A stretch of DNA of 64,000 nucleotides from Bacteroidia bacterium (GTDB lineage Bacteria; Bacteroidota; Bacteroidia; Bacteroidales; VadinHA17). The DNA is taken from assembly GCA_026391215.1 (NCBI GenBank), contig JAPLDX010000065.1, positions 330 to 64,329 on the forward strand, read 5' to 3'. The position numbers and the translations under genes were made by a program. This document shows, piece after piece, positions 43,490 to 53,460 of this stretch (positions are counted from its first letter, which is position 1; each line of letters begins with the position of its first letter). Below the pieces are notes generated by a model that had not been told where the DNA came from, did no database searches, and saw only the letters and a list, made by a program, of their open reading frames with translations.

Positions 43490-45073
43490 GTTATTCTGTC
43501 TTGCTTTGCTGTGCTTTACCCCGTAGAAGAAATAAATACACAATCCTATTGCCATCCATATAATGAGCCTCAGCCATGTATCAAGTGGTAATGCAGCCAT
43601 TTGAATGAAACAGATAATTGCACCTGCAATCGGGACAAAAGGTACCCATGGTGTTTTGAACGGACGGTGAATATCAGGCTTTCTCTTTCTCAGGAGAAGA
43701 ACACTAATACAGACAATAATAAAGGCAAAAAGAGTGCCTATTGATACAAGCTGACCAAGAATGCTTATCGGTAATATTCCGGCAATTATCATGGCAACAC
43801 AGCCTGTAACAATGGTACTGATATAAGGAGTCTTGAATTTTGGATGAACTTTGGAAAATACCGGAGGAAGCAATCCATCTTTGGCCATGGTAAAAAAGAT
43901 CCTGGGCTGCCCGAGGAGCATGACAAGGATAACTGAGCTTAGTCCCGCAATTGCTGCAACTTTTACTATAGGACGGAGCCAGAACATTCCCTTTCCCATC
44001 GCATTAACAGCAACTGCAACCGGGTCTGCAACATTTAAAGCTGTATAACTTACAATTCCGGTCATAACAATCGCAACCAGTATATAGAGAACAGTTGAAA
44101 TGCCAAGTGATCCGAGAATTCCTACCGGCATATCCTTTTGAGGATTCTTTGCTTCCTGGGCTGCCGTTGAAACGGCATCAAATCCGATATATGCAAAGAA
44201 GATCACTCCTGCTCCGCGCAGGATCCCGCTGATCCCATATTTACCAAATTCCTGGCCGTATGCTTTCAGCCATGCCCAAAAAGATCCATACTCTGAGATC
44301 GGAGTCGCTTCAACTTTATTCGCTGGAATGAACGGATGCCAGTTAGCTGCTTTAACAAACATGAAACCCAGGACAATGAACAAAATGATAACTGATACCT
44401 TGGTGATTACCATAACGTTATTAAAGTTGGCAGATTCCTTTATTCCAATTACAAGCAGTGTAGTCAATAATGCTACAATGAACATAGCCGGTAAATTCAG
44501 AATGCAAGTGACATGGGCAAGGGAATCAACATTTATGCCTGAAGCTGCAAGTGTTTCCGCATATGCTTTGGTAAGAGACATCCATCCCATCTCCGGCACA
44601 TCGACAAGAACAGAACCTGTAGCTCCTATAAACTGTGCCGGTATATTAATATTAAAATCCCTAAGAAAACTTACAACATAACCCGACCAGCCAACTGATA
44701 CTGTAGAAGCCGCAAAAAGGTACTCAAGAATAAGATCCCAGCCGATTATCCATGCAAAAAATTCACCGAGGGTGGCATAAGAATAAGTATAGGCGCTTCC
44801 GGCAATCGGTATCATGGATGCGAATTCAGCATAGCACAAGCCGGCAAAACCGCATGCTAATCCTGAAATGATAAATGATAACACAATTCCAGGGCCCGCA
44901 TACTGCGCAGCAGCCTGACCTGACAGAACAAATATCCCGGCTCCGATTATAGCGCCGATACCTAATGTTGTAAGATTGAGAGCTGTCAGGGTTCTCTTTA
45001 AGCCACCAGTTTCTTTTGATTCTTTCATCAACTGATCCAGAGGCTTTGTAATAAACAACTGGCTTTTTGACAT
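43487..45073 (-). CDS. APC-superfamily amino acid permease (cationic amino acid transporter-like)
   Basis: About 12-14 TM segments; LTALNLTTLGIGAIIGAGIFVLSG and FAYIGFDAVSTAAQEAKNPQKDMP blocks. Confidence 0.8.
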   Translation of the reverse strand: MSKSQLFITKPLDQLMKESKETGGLKRTLTALNLTTLGIGAIIGAGIFVLSGQAAAQYAGPGIVLSFIISGLACGFAGLCYAEFASMIPIAGSAYTYSYATLGEFFAWIIGWDLILEYLFAASTVSVGWSGYVVSFLRDFNINIPAQFIGATGSVLVDVPEMGWMSLTKAYAETLAASGINVDSLAHVTCILNLPAMFIVALLTTLLVIGIKESANFNNVMVITKVSVIILFIVLGFMFVKAANWHPFIPANKVEATPISEYGSFWAWLKAYGQEFGKYGISGILRGAGVIFFAYIGFDAVSTAAQEAKNPQKDMPVGILGSLGISTVLYILVAIVMTGIVSYTALNVADPVAVAVNAMGKGMFWLRPIVKVAAIAGLSSVILVMLLGQPRIFFTMAKDGLLPPVFSKVHPKFKTPYISTIVTGCVAMIIAGILPISILGQLVSIGTLFAFIIVCISVLLLRKRKPDIHRPFKTPWVPFVPIAGAIICFIQMAALPLDTWLRLIIWMAIGLCIYFFYGVKHSKARQNN

Positions 45074-45193
45074 AGATTTATATTAATTCCTACAAACCTA
45101 ACTTTTTTTTCATAAAAACCTTGCTTGTCAAAACTTAAAATTTATTAAATGCTGTTATTTTAGTCTTACCTTTATCTCATAAAGAAAATCTTC

Positions 45194-45427
45194 TTGCAGT
45201 TCATTCGTAAAATAATAATTCTTCTGCTCCTTACGCTGCCTGCCTGTTCACCACTGAAGAAATATGAGCAGCTTCCGGAAGTTATAGCATGGCAACCGGA
45301 AATTGCCAGATTTGAGAACCTCGACAAAACCGAAATCTATCCTGATGATGCCATAATTTTTGCCGGCAGTTCAAGCATAAGGCTGTGGTCGACACTGGCT
45401 AAGGATATGGACAAAGATAATACGTGA
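45194..45427 (+). pseudogene. Truncated SGNH/GDSL-hydrolase N-terminal fragment
   Basis: TTG start, lipoprotein-like signal LTLPAC, block I IIFAGSSSIRLW, then a stop after 77 aa. Blocks II-V of the family are absent downstream. Confidence 0.45.
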
Positions 45428-45481
45428 AGAAATGGATAAAGTCCTGAAAAACAAATGACCACATTGTAATGCACATTTAAG

Positions 45482-45646
45482 ATGAGAAACATATTGTTCA
45501 TATTTCTGCTTTCATTTGCAGTACCAGGCTGCAAATTCAGCAAGTCGGCTGAAAAGGACCTTCTTTCCGGGCTGATATCCACCGGAAGTGATCTCTCGTG
45601 CAAAGATGTACGGCTTTCTGTCAATAGCGAAAAAACAACACTGTAA
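45482..45646 (+). CDS. Small (54 aa) putative lipoprotein or gene fragment
   Basis: ATG at 45482, MRNILFIFLLSFAVPGCKFSK.. (lipobox), stop at 45644-45646. Below the ORF-track size cutoff; no recognisable family. Confidence 0.3.
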   Translation: MRNILFIFLLSFAVPGCKFSKSAEKDLLSGLISTGSDLSCKDVRLSVNSEKTTL

Positions 45647-45687
45647 AATAATTATTGTCTTACATTAATAACTAATAATCTCATACC

Positions 45688-46764
45688 ATGAAGAATGCTA
45701 TTTCGCGCCGCAAATTTTTTTACAAAACGGTAGGGATCAGTGCTGGTGCATTGGTTCTTCCCACTATTGCCGGATTTAAATTCCAGGAAAAATCCGGTGG
45801 AATTAAACCCATGATAATCACCAGTCATGCAAATGATCTTGGCCAGAAGGCGATGGAAACCGGCTGGGAAATATTAAGGAACGGAGGCTCTGCAGTTGAT
45901 GCAATTGAAAAGGCAGCAAATGTCATTGAACTCGATCCTGAAGATACAAGCGTGGGATACGGAGGGCTGCCAAATGAAAGAGGTGTCGTACAGCTGGATG
46001 CTTCCTACATGGATGGGAAAACCTATTCAGCAGGTGCAGTTGCATGTCTGGAAAATATCAAGACGCCGGCTTCAGTAGCAAAGCTCGTAATGCAGCATAC
46101 AGATCATGTATTGCTTGTGGGTGCAGGCGCCCTTGAATTTGCAAAAGCCTGGGGATTTCAGGAGGAAAACATTCTTACAGAAAAAGCCCGTAAGATTTGG
46201 CTCCGCTGGAAAGAAGAGATGAGTCCCACAGATGACTGGGGCGCCCCGGAGCACATCCAGAACCTGCAGAAAAAGGAATCATACTGGAGAGATTTCCCTG
46301 ATATTGAACATCATTATGGCACAACCAATGTTCTGGCCATTGACATGAACGGAGATATTGCAGGTTGCACCACGACCAGCGGACTGAGCTTCAAGCTAAA
46401 CGGCAGGGTTGGCGACTCTCCGATTATAGGTGCAGGTTTATATGTCGACAATGAAGTGGGTGCTGCCGGAGCTACAGGCCGGGGCGAAGACGTCATAAAA
46501 TCGTGTGCCTCATATTATATGGTTCTCAAAATGAAGGAAGGAAGGGCGCCCCAGCAAGCGTGTGAAGATGCACTTAAAATGATCATTGAACATTATAAAA
46601 TTGTAAATCCTGATTATTACCCAAGTGAAAAGTTTGTTGCCATAAATAAATATGGTGAAACAGGCTGTGCAACAATGAAGGGCAACCGTAATCCGCAGAT
46701 GTCGGTAATGACATCCAAAGGCTATTCGAGGTATGAGGGAATAATTGCATTCCAGGGGAAATAA
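45688..46764 (+). CDS. Glycosylasparaginase / isoaspartyl peptidase (Ntn-hydrolase), Tat-signal
   Basis: SRRKFFYKTVGISAGAL twin-arginine signal. HYGTTNVLAID..TTTSGLSFKLNGRVGDSPIIGAGLYVD..GAAGATGRGED matches the asparaginase_2 autoprocessing Thr region. Confidence 0.8.
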   Translation: MKNAISRRKFFYKTVGISAGALVLPTIAGFKFQEKSGGIKPMIITSHANDLGQKAMETGWEILRNGGSAVDAIEKAANVIELDPEDTSVGYGGLPNERGVVQLDASYMDGKTYSAGAVACLENIKTPASVAKLVMQHTDHVLLVGAGALEFAKAWGFQEENILTEKARKIWLRWKEEMSPTDDWGAPEHIQNLQKKESYWRDFPDIEHHYGTTNVLAIDMNGDIAGCTTTSGLSFKLNGRVGDSPIIGAGLYVDNEVGAAGATGRGEDVIKSCASYYMVLKMKEGRAPQQACEDALKMIIEHYKIVNPDYYPSEKFVAINKYGETGCATMKGNRNPQMSVMTSKGYSRYEGIIAFQGK

Positions 46765-46794
46765 TACAAGATACAAGAAGAAAAATATAAGGGA

Positions 46795-46824
46795 CAAACA
46801 AAAAAGCAACCCTTTTAAGGTTGC
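46795..46824 (-). terminator. Intrinsic terminator for the PKD lipoprotein gene (weakly bidirectional)
   Basis: GCAACC-7 nt loop-GGTTGC (46806-46824), followed on the minus strand by TTTTTTGTTTG. Confidence 0.6.
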
Positions 46825-46836
46825 CTCTTTGTTATG

Positions 46837-46875
46837 TGCCGCAAGCCGTGTACCGTGTACCTCGCGCCGTGCCCT
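46837..46875 (-). repeat. 7-nt degenerate tandem array abutting the stop of the PKD lipoprotein gene
   Basis: In gene sense: TAAAGG GCACGG CGCGAGG TACACGG TACACGG CTTGCGG CAC. Confidence 0.8.
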
Positions 46876-47622
46876 TTATTTCACTTTAATGCTCTTTTCA
46901 TATAGAGCTTTCCAGTCTTCGGTATCATTGCTGATCATTGACTTGTCTGAACTCTTCCTTTCAAGCTTTTTGATAACCATCGTCCTGTCGTGTTTCCCAT
47001 CACCCTTGGTAGTGTGTTCCACATAATCGACCCAGGCTGTGAACCTGTTTATCTTGTGGGGCATTATCTCAGATGTCCTGATAAACCCTACATCCTCGGC
47101 TGCTAAATCATAATTATCGTGGTTTTGCTCCCACACATCTACATAATATACATATGGTCCAAGGTTTGAAAATACAACCAGCCCATCTTCATCAGTGAAT
47201 CCTTCCGATTCCATGTTATCCTCTCCTTCCCAATCAACCAGGGTCGGATATAATCTTACACTCGCTCCCTCCACTACATATTCATCGTACCATTCAACAA
47301 CTTCTATCTCCAGAAGTGTCGGGATCTGTACATCTATTGTTATTGAAGCCTCGTCTGAGATGCCGGATCTCGAGAAAGCCGTAAGCACTGCCTCAAAAGA
47401 GCCTGATGCGGTATAATAATGTACAGGATTTGCTTCTGATGAAACAAAGCCATCGCCAAAATCCCATTCAAATTTTGTTGCATTGTGTGAATCGTTTGTG
47501 AACAAAACATCCTGTCCTACTTCCGGGTCTAAAGTATCGGTAAAGAAATGTGCCTCTGGTGTTGATTCACAGGAAAAGACTATAAACGGAAGAACCAGAA
47601 ACAGATAGATTATCCTTTTCAT
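46876..47622 (-). CDS. PKD-domain lipoprotein
   Basis: MKRIIYLFLVLPFIVFSC lipoprotein signal (start moved to 47622). PKD block VLFTNDSHNATKFEWDFGDG..NPVHYYTASGSFEAVLTA. Confidence 0.7.
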   Translation of the reverse strand: MKRIIYLFLVLPFIVFSCESTPEAHFFTDTLDPEVGQDVLFTNDSHNATKFEWDFGDGFVSSEANPVHYYTASGSFEAVLTAFSRSGISDEASITIDVQIPTLLEIEVVEWYDEYVVEGASVRLYPTLVDWEGEDNMESEGFTDEDGLVVFSNLGPYVYYVDVWEQNHDNYDLAAEDVGFIRTSEIMPHKINRFTAWVDYVEHTTKGDGKHDRTMVIKKLERKSSDKSMISNDTEDWKALYEKSIKVK

Positions 47623-47796
47623 CTTAAAATCAACTGACTTTAAAAGGCTGGAAGGAACCTGCATGTTTTTGCTTTCATGCTTATCAGCCTTGTTTATGGA
47701 ATTAGCTGGTTTCATTGCTTTAAGTATTGGTATCTGTAATGATAAAATCAAAATGTGTGCCATGTTTTAAATTATACCTCAGTAAAAAAATATAAT

Positions 47797-47804
47797 TAAC
47801 TTTG
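47797..47804 (+). promoter_or_regulatory. Candidate -7 box (TAACTTTG) for thrS
   Basis: TAnnTTTG match 26 nt upstream of the ATG. Confidence 0.5.
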
Positions 47805-47829
47805 CACTCCGATAAAAAGAAGCTTCATA

Positions 47830-49770
47830 ATGATAAAGATAACATTTCCTGACGGATCAGTAAAGGAGTACAAAAGCGGGATAAGCAGCCTTGAAATAGC
47901 TGAACTGATAAGTACAAAGCTTGCAAAAGAGGTTTATGCTGCCACAGTCAACGGAGAGGTATGGGATCTGACTCGTCCAATAACCAAAGATGTTACCCTT
48001 AAGCTTCATAAATGGGAAGAAGAAGCAGCGAAACATGCATTCTGGCACTCATCCGCACATTTAATGGCTGGTGCGCTTGAATTGCTATACCCCGGAATAA
48101 AATTCGGGATAGGCCCTGCCATTGAGATGGGATTTTATTATGATGTTGATCCCGGAGATGGAAAAGTAATTACTGAAGCCGATCTGAAGGCTATTGAAGA
48201 TAAAATGAAGGAGCTTGCCGAAAAAAACCTATTGTATACAAGAAAGGATGTCAGTAAAAAGGAAGCTCTTGAGATTTTCACCAAGAAGGGTGATGAATAC
48301 AAAACAGAGCTCATCAGCGACCTTGAGGATGGTACAATTTCATTATATACCCAGGGCGATTTCACAGATCTGTGCCGCGGTCCGCACCTTCCGTCGACTG
48401 AACCGATAAAGGCTATTAAGCTGACCAGTGTTGCCGGAGCATACTGGAGAGGAGACGAAAAACGCAAGATGCTTACAAGGATCTATGGTATAACTTTCCC
48501 TAAGCAGAAGATGCTTGATGAATACCTGATATTTCTTGAACAGGCAAAAATAAGGGATCACAGACGCATCGGCAAAGAGCTGGAGCTTTTCACGTTTTCC
48601 CCTAAGGTTGGGATGGGTCTTCCTCTCTGGCTCCCGAAAGGATCTGATGTAAGACAAAAGCTGATAGACTTTCTGACCGTTATTTTAAGGAAAAGAGGTT
48701 ATAAGATAGTTACTACCCCTCATATAGGAAATGTCAATCTTTATAAGACATCAGGCCATTATGAAAAGTACGGTAAGGATTCATTCCAGCCTATGTCAAC
48801 ACCCCAGGAAGGTGAGCAGTTCATGCTGAAACCCATGAACTGTCCACATCATTGTGAGATATATAACGCAACACCTCATTCATACAAAGAGCTGCCGCTG
48901 AGGATGGCTGAATTCGGCACTGTTTACAGGTACGAACAGAGCGGTGAGCTTCACGGACTCACAAGGGTAAGGAGCTTTACACAGGACGATGCCCACCATT
49001 TTTGCAGACCTGATCAGCTGATGGAGGAATTCAAAAGCATTATAGACCTGATACTGTATATCTATAAAATGTTGAATTTCAACGATTTCACAGCACAGAT
49101 ATCCCTGAGGGATCCCAATAACAAACAAAAATATATTGGTTCTGATGAAAACTGGGAAAGAGCCCAGAAGGAAATAATCAAGGCTGCTGCTGAAAAAAAT
49201 CTTGTAACTACAGTAGTTGAGGGTGAAGCCGCATTTTACGGACCCAAGCTTGATTTCATGGTCAAGGATGCCATTGGACGTAAATGGCAGCTTGGTACCA
49301 TACAGGTAGACTATAACCTTCCTGAAAGATTTGACCTTACATATAATGGAAGTGATAATAAGAAGCACAGGCCTTTAATGATCCACAGAACAATTTTCGG
49401 ATCGCTGGAAAGGTTTGTGGCTGTTCTCATCGAAAACACAACAGGAAAATTTCCTCTCTGGCTCGCGCCAGAAAAAGCAGTCCTTCTCCCTATAAGTGAA
49501 AAATTCAATGATTATGCTGGAAATGTTTTGGAAATTCTAAATAATTCCGATATTTGCACACTGATTGATGACAGGAGTGAAAAGATAGGTAAGAAGATCA
49601 GGGATAATGAATTAAAGAGGATCCCATACCTTCTGATAATAGGAGAAAAAGAGGTTGAAAGCGGAACCGTTGCCGTCAGGAAACAGGGTGAAGGAGACAA
49701 GGGCAGTATGAAAATTGACGAATTTGTGAGTTTCATTCATGCGGAGATCAACAAGGAAATTACATTGTGA
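47830..49770 (+). CDS. thrS: Threonyl-tRNA synthetase
   Basis: TGS N-terminus [10 protein letters not shown], editing-domain HSSAHLMA, class II motifs [24 protein letters not shown] and [13 protein letters not shown]. Confidence 0.95.
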   Translation: MIKITFPDGSVKEYKSGISSLEIAELISTKLAKEVYAATVNGEVWDLTRPITKDVTLKLHKWEEEAAKHAFWHSSAHLMAGALELLYPGIKFGIGPAIEMGFYYDVDPGDGKVITEADLKAIEDKMKELAEKNLLYTRKDVSKKEALEIFTKKGDEYKTELISDLEDGTISLYTQGDFTDLCRGPHLPSTEPIKAIKLTSVAGAYWRGDEKRKMLTRIYGITFPKQKMLDEYLIFLEQAKIRDHRRIGKELELFTFSPKVGMGLPLWLPKGSDVRQKLIDFLTVILRKRGYKIVTTPHIGNVNLYKTSGHYEKYGKDSFQPMSTPQEGEQFMLKPMNCPHHCEIYNATPHSYKELPLRMAEFGTVYRYEQSGELHGLTRVRSFTQDDAHHFCRPDQLMEEFKSIIDLILYIYKMLNFNDFTAQISLRDPNNKQKYIGSDENWERAQKEIIKAAAEKNLVTTVVEGEAAFYGPKLDFMVKDAIGRKWQLGTIQVDYNLPERFDLTYNGSDNKKHRPLMIHRTIFGSLERFVAVLIENTTGKFPLWLAPEKAVLLPISEKFNDYAGNVLEILNNSDICTLIDDRSEKIGKKIRDNELKRIPYLLIIGEKEVESGTVAVRKQGEGDKGSMKIDEFVSFIHAEINKEITL

Positions 49771-49821
49771 ATACACATATAAAGTAGATTTAGTATTAAC
49801 AAAAATTAGGAGGAAATAGCT

Positions 49822-50370
49822 ATAACCGGCCCAATACGAAGAAATCCCGGCAGGATCACCCAGCCTGCTCATAAGATTAACAACAGGATCGCTGCAAAAG
49901 TGGTCAGGGTTGTAGGTGATGAAATTGAAGCAGAAGTCATGAACATCCAGGATGCCTTAAGGCTGGCAGACAAGCTGGAGCTGGATCTTGTAGAAATTTC
50001 CCCGAATGCGGATCCCCCTGTATGTAAGATCATTGATTATCAGAAGTTCCTTTATCAGCAGAAAAAGAAACAGAAAGAGATCAAGGCTAAAGCAGCTAAG
50101 GTAGTAGTGAAGGAGATAAGGTTCGGCCCCAATACGGATGATCACGACTATAACTTTAAGCTCCGGCATGCAATAAGGTTTCTTGAAGAGGGTGCAAAAG
50201 TAAGAGCATATGTATTCTTCAAGGGACGGTCAATATTATTCAAGGAACAGGGTGAGGTGCTGTTGCTACGGTTTGCCAACGACCTTGAGGAATACGGGAA
50301 GGTTGAACAGCTCCCAAGACTTGAAGGGAAAAGGATGATCATCTCCTTCTCTCCAAAAAAGAAGAAGTAG
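49822..50370 (+). CDS. infC: Translation initiation factor IF-3 (non-AUG start, exact start uncertain)
   Basis: [42 protein letters not shown]. The frame is open back to a TAG at 49807-49809 with no in-frame ATG. Candidate starts ATA 49816/49822/49834, ATC 49855, ATT 49876; GGAGG at 49809-49813. Confidence 0.8.
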   Translation: MTGPIRRNPGRITQPAHKINNRIAAKVVRVVGDEIEAEVMNIQDALRLADKLELDLVEISPNADPPVCKIIDYQKFLYQQKKKQKEIKAKAAKVVVKEIRFGPNTDDHDYNFKLRHAIRFLEEGAKVRAYVFFKGRSILFKEQGEVLLLRFANDLEEYGKVEQLPRLEGKRMIISFSPKKKK

Positions 50371-50394
50371 TTTAAATAAATTGAATACAAGGAA

Positions 50395-50592
50395 ATGCCA
50401 AAAATGAAAACAAATCCCGGCGCCAAGAAAAGATTTTCTCTCACCGGAACAGGTAAAATCAAACGTAAACATGCATATAAGAGTCACATTCTGACTAAGA
50501 AAGCTACAAAACGCAAAAGAAATCTTTCATATTTCGGACAGGTCTCCAAGGCTGATGATAAAAATGTGAAGCTTCTGCTTGCAAGCAAATAA
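50395..50592 (+). CDS. rpmI: 50S ribosomal protein L35
   Basis: [31 protein letters not shown]. Confidence 0.95.
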   Translation: MPKMKTNPGAKKRFSLTGTGKIKRKHAYKSHILTKKATKRKRNLSYFGQVSKADDKNVKLLLASK

Positions 50593-50693
50593 ATGTTAAC
50601 GGATTGATAAATTAAATTAATAGTACTAACCGATTGCTCAGCAGATAAGAGTCCGGTAAAAGACGGAACGCTGACTTTCAAAAAAAATGAGTT

Positions 50694-51038
50694 ATGCCAA
50701 GATCAGTAAATCATGTAGCAGCAAGAGCCAGGAAAAAGAAGGTTCTTAAACAGACAAAAGGTAACTTCCTTTCAAGAAGAAATGTATTCACAGTAGCAAA
50801 GAACACCCTCGACAAAGGGCTGGGCTATCAATACCGTGACAGGAGGAAAAAGAAGGGAGAATTCAGATCGTTATGGATCCAGAGGATCAATGCAGGTGTT
50901 CGTCAGTATGATATGAGCTATTCGGAGTTTATTGGAAAACTTGAGAATAAAGGAATCACACTCAACAGGAAAACACTTGCCGACCTGGTAATGAACAACC
51001 CGGAAGCCTTTAAGGCTGTAGTGGAAAAGGTGAAATAA
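50694..51038 (+). CDS. rplT: 50S ribosomal protein L20
   Basis: [44 protein letters not shown]. Confidence 0.95.
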   Translation: MPRSVNHVAARARKKKVLKQTKGNFLSRRNVFTVAKNTLDKGLGYQYRDRRKKKGEFRSLWIQRINAGVRQYDMSYSEFIGKLENKGITLNRKTLADLVMNNPEAFKAVVEKVK

Positions 51039-51049
51039 AAAGATTATAC

Positions 51050-51189
51050 GTACTCACCCCCTTAATCCCCCTCTCTGCTAAAGCAAAGAGGGGGAAACTA
51101 TTGTTATACAGCACATTAGCTCCCCCTCCTTGCGAAGCAGGGAGGGGGTTGGGGGGTGGGTACATGTAATGAAGGAAGGGGGTAAGTAC
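51050..51189. repeat. Nested-palindrome element, copy D (same termini as 8883..9146)
   Basis: GTACTCACCCCC..CCCCCTCTCTGC-TAAA-GCAAAGAGGGGG..CTCCCCCTCCTTGC-GAA-GCAGGGAGGGGG..GGGGGGTGGGTAC, plus a second right-end-like GGGGGTAAGTAC at 51178-51189. Confidence 0.8.
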
Positions 51190-51200
51190 GTGTGGTGAGG

Positions 51201-52586
51201 TTACCTGACTCTCTTACAGAATCTTTCAAATCTTATCTTCTTCAGTCCTTCCGCTTCTTTATTAATTGAAAGCCAGATGAACCTGGGCTTGCCAATGATG
51301 TGATCTTCCGGGACAAAACCCCAGTATCTCGAATCAGCAGAGTTATGCCGGTTATCTCCCATCATGAAATAATAGTCCATCCTGAATGTATATGTGTCGG
51401 CCGGTGTACCATTAATATATATTGTACTGCCTTCAACCCTGAGATCATTCTCCTCGTAGATATCAATAACATGATCATACAGATGAAGGCTCGAAGTATC
51501 AAGCTTCACAGTAGTTCCTTTAACCGGTATCCAGAGAGGCCCGTAATTGTCCTGGTTCCATTTCAGAGTCGGATCATAGGGAAACATTTTGGGATCGTAC
51601 TCGCCTTCTCTTTCAAACAACGGCTGAACACTCTTTACATTCACAAACTTTGATATAGCTTCGACGTTTTGTTTTGTCAATGGCAAATAATAAGTTGACC
51701 CGGAAATATACTGGTCCGATTTTGCAATTTTGAGTCTTTCAAATGCCTTGGGATTAATTGTGTTCCCATCTGTTATCACACCATAGGTTGTCTGTTGCCC
51801 TTCATTTACCGGAGCAGGATCACTGTTCACGTAAAGAACACCAGATCTGACAGAAATTGTATCCCCGGGCAGTCCCACGCATCTTTTTACGTAATTGTCC
51901 CTCCTGTCCACCGGCCGGTAAATAATATTGAATCTCTCCCACAGTTCCTTGCGTGCTGCCGTAAGATAATAGCTTGCCGGTTTTGAAGAGAGAGTGACAT
52001 AATTGTCCCTCTGACGCATTTCCCTGGCATTTCTTCTGATGATCTCATAATAGCTTACGGCTGTTTCTTCAAGAACAACAGTGTCTCCTTCTGGAAAGTT
52101 GAAGACCACAGGGTCAAATCTTTTTACTCTACCGGTTCCTTTAAGACGTTTATAGGGCCAGTATACAAGATTTGACCATGATTTCGTTTTTATTATTGGT
52201 ATAGTATGCTGCGTGAATGGGAAAGCGATTGGTGTGTTAGGCATTCTCGGGCCATATGCCAGCTTGCTGACAAATAAATGATCACCCACGAGCAGTGATT
52301 TCTCCATTGATGGTGTAGGAATACGGTAATTCTGAAAAAAGAAGATATTGATAAGCGTAACAGCTATTATGGCAAAAATAAGAGCGTCGAGCCATTCAAT
52401 AAAAGAGCTGTTAGGACCATTCCTTCTCTTCCAGAATGTCCAGTTTACCTTCTCTGTAATATACATATCAAAAATTATCGGCAGTCCAAGCAGAAGCCAG
52501 TAATTGCCGATCCAAATCACAACCAGGATATAAATAATGGCAACTATTGCAAACCTTATGTATTTCTTTGGGATTTTAGGAGTCAT
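51201..52586 (-). CDS. lepB: Signal peptidase I (long Bacteroidota type)
   Basis: IPTPSMEKSLLVGDHLFVSK (catalytic Ser box), YVKRCVGLPGD, GDNRHNSADSRYWGFVP. Confidence 0.9.
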   Translation of the reverse strand: MTPKIPKKYIRFAIVAIIYILVVIWIGNYWLLLGLPIIFDMYITEKVNWTFWKRRNGPNSSFIEWLDALIFAIIAVTLINIFFFQNYRIPTPSMEKSLLVGDHLFVSKLAYGPRMPNTPIAFPFTQHTIPIIKTKSWSNLVYWPYKRLKGTGRVKRFDPVVFNFPEGDTVVLEETAVSYYEIIRRNAREMRQRDNYVTLSSKPASYYLTAARKELWERFNIIYRPVDRRDNYVKRCVGLPGDTISVRSGVLYVNSDPAPVNEGQQTTYGVITDGNTINPKAFERLKIAKSDQYISGSTYYLPLTKQNVEAISKFVNVKSVQPLFEREGEYDPKMFPYDPTLKWNQDNYGPLWIPVKGTTVKLDTSSLHLYDHVIDIYEENDLRVEGSTIYINGTPADTYTFRMDYYFMMGDNRHNSADSRYWGFVPEDHIIGKPRFIWLSINKEAEGLKKIRFERFCKRVR

Positions 52587-52627
52587 TTCAAAATAGATTT
52601 CTTGAGCGGTAAAAGTAAATAAATTAA

Positions 52628-53344
52628 TCAGAATCCAAGTATATCGTTCATTGTGAAAACACCTTTTCGGGTATAGATGAATTCAGCAGCAATAACGGTA
52701 CCCACTGCAAAACCTTTCCTGTTCTTAGCTTCATGCTTAAGGCTCAGAGTGTCAACCGTCGAATCCCACGAAATTGTGTGCGTGCCCGGGACTACACCTT
52801 CTCGTACCGAGCGGACAGGAATTAAGTTGTCTTTAATATCATTTTCAAAACGCCACCCCGTATACCCCGGATGCTGTTTCGTAATCCCTTCAGCAAGAGT
52901 AATTGCAGTTCCGCTTGGGGCATCCATCTTTTTTGTATGATGGATCTCTTCAATAAATACCGAGTAATCCTTATAATTTGACATTTGTTTTGCCAGTTCA
53001 GCATTAAGCCTGAAAAGCAGGTTGACACCGATGCTGAAGTTGGATGAATGAATGAATGATGTATTGTTTTTCCTGCATATCTCTGCGGCTTTATCATAAT
53101 CCTTCAGCCATCCCGTTGTTCCTGATACCACCGGGACTTTCATGCCGAGGCATTTTGAAATGTTTTCAAATGCCGCTTCAGGAGAGGAAAATTCGATGGC
53201 AACATCGATACCTTTAAGGTTCTCCTTATTAAGATCTGAAATGTTATCCTTGTCAATAATAATTTTAACCGCATGCCCCCTGGCAACTGCTATCTCTTCT
53301 ATTTCATGGCCCATCCTGCCATAACCGATAAGTGCTATGTTCAT
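52628..53344 (-). CDS. dapB: 4-hydroxy-tetrahydrodipicolinate reductase
   Basis: MNIALIGYGRMG Rossmann N-terminus; EEIHHTKKMDAPSGTA signature. Confidence 0.9.
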   Translation of the reverse strand: MNIALIGYGRMGHEIEEIAVARGHAVKIIIDKDNISDLNKENLKGIDVAIEFSSPEAAFENISKCLGMKVPVVSGTTGWLKDYDKAAEICRKNNTSFIHSSNFSIGVNLLFRLNAELAKQMSNYKDYSVFIEEIHHTKKMDAPSGTAITLAEGITKQHPGYTGWRFENDIKDNLIPVRSVREGVVPGTHTISWDSTVDTLSLKHEAKNRKGFAVGTVIAAEFIYTRKGVFTMNDILGF

Positions 53345-53460
53345 TCCTTTGATTTTCTGCTAATTTATCCTTTTTAAGATATGCGTTATCCTAATTATAT
53401 CATAAAATTCTTAACAAGAAGTTAATTTTCATATATTTCACCATTGAAAAGCCTATATCC

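Noticed and set aside
50593-50693. Possible L20/L35 autoregulatory RNA structure between rpmI and rplT
   Set aside because: Only weak, short complementarities (TAACGGATTG / TAACCGATTG are direct, not inverted). There is insufficient evidence for a structured element.
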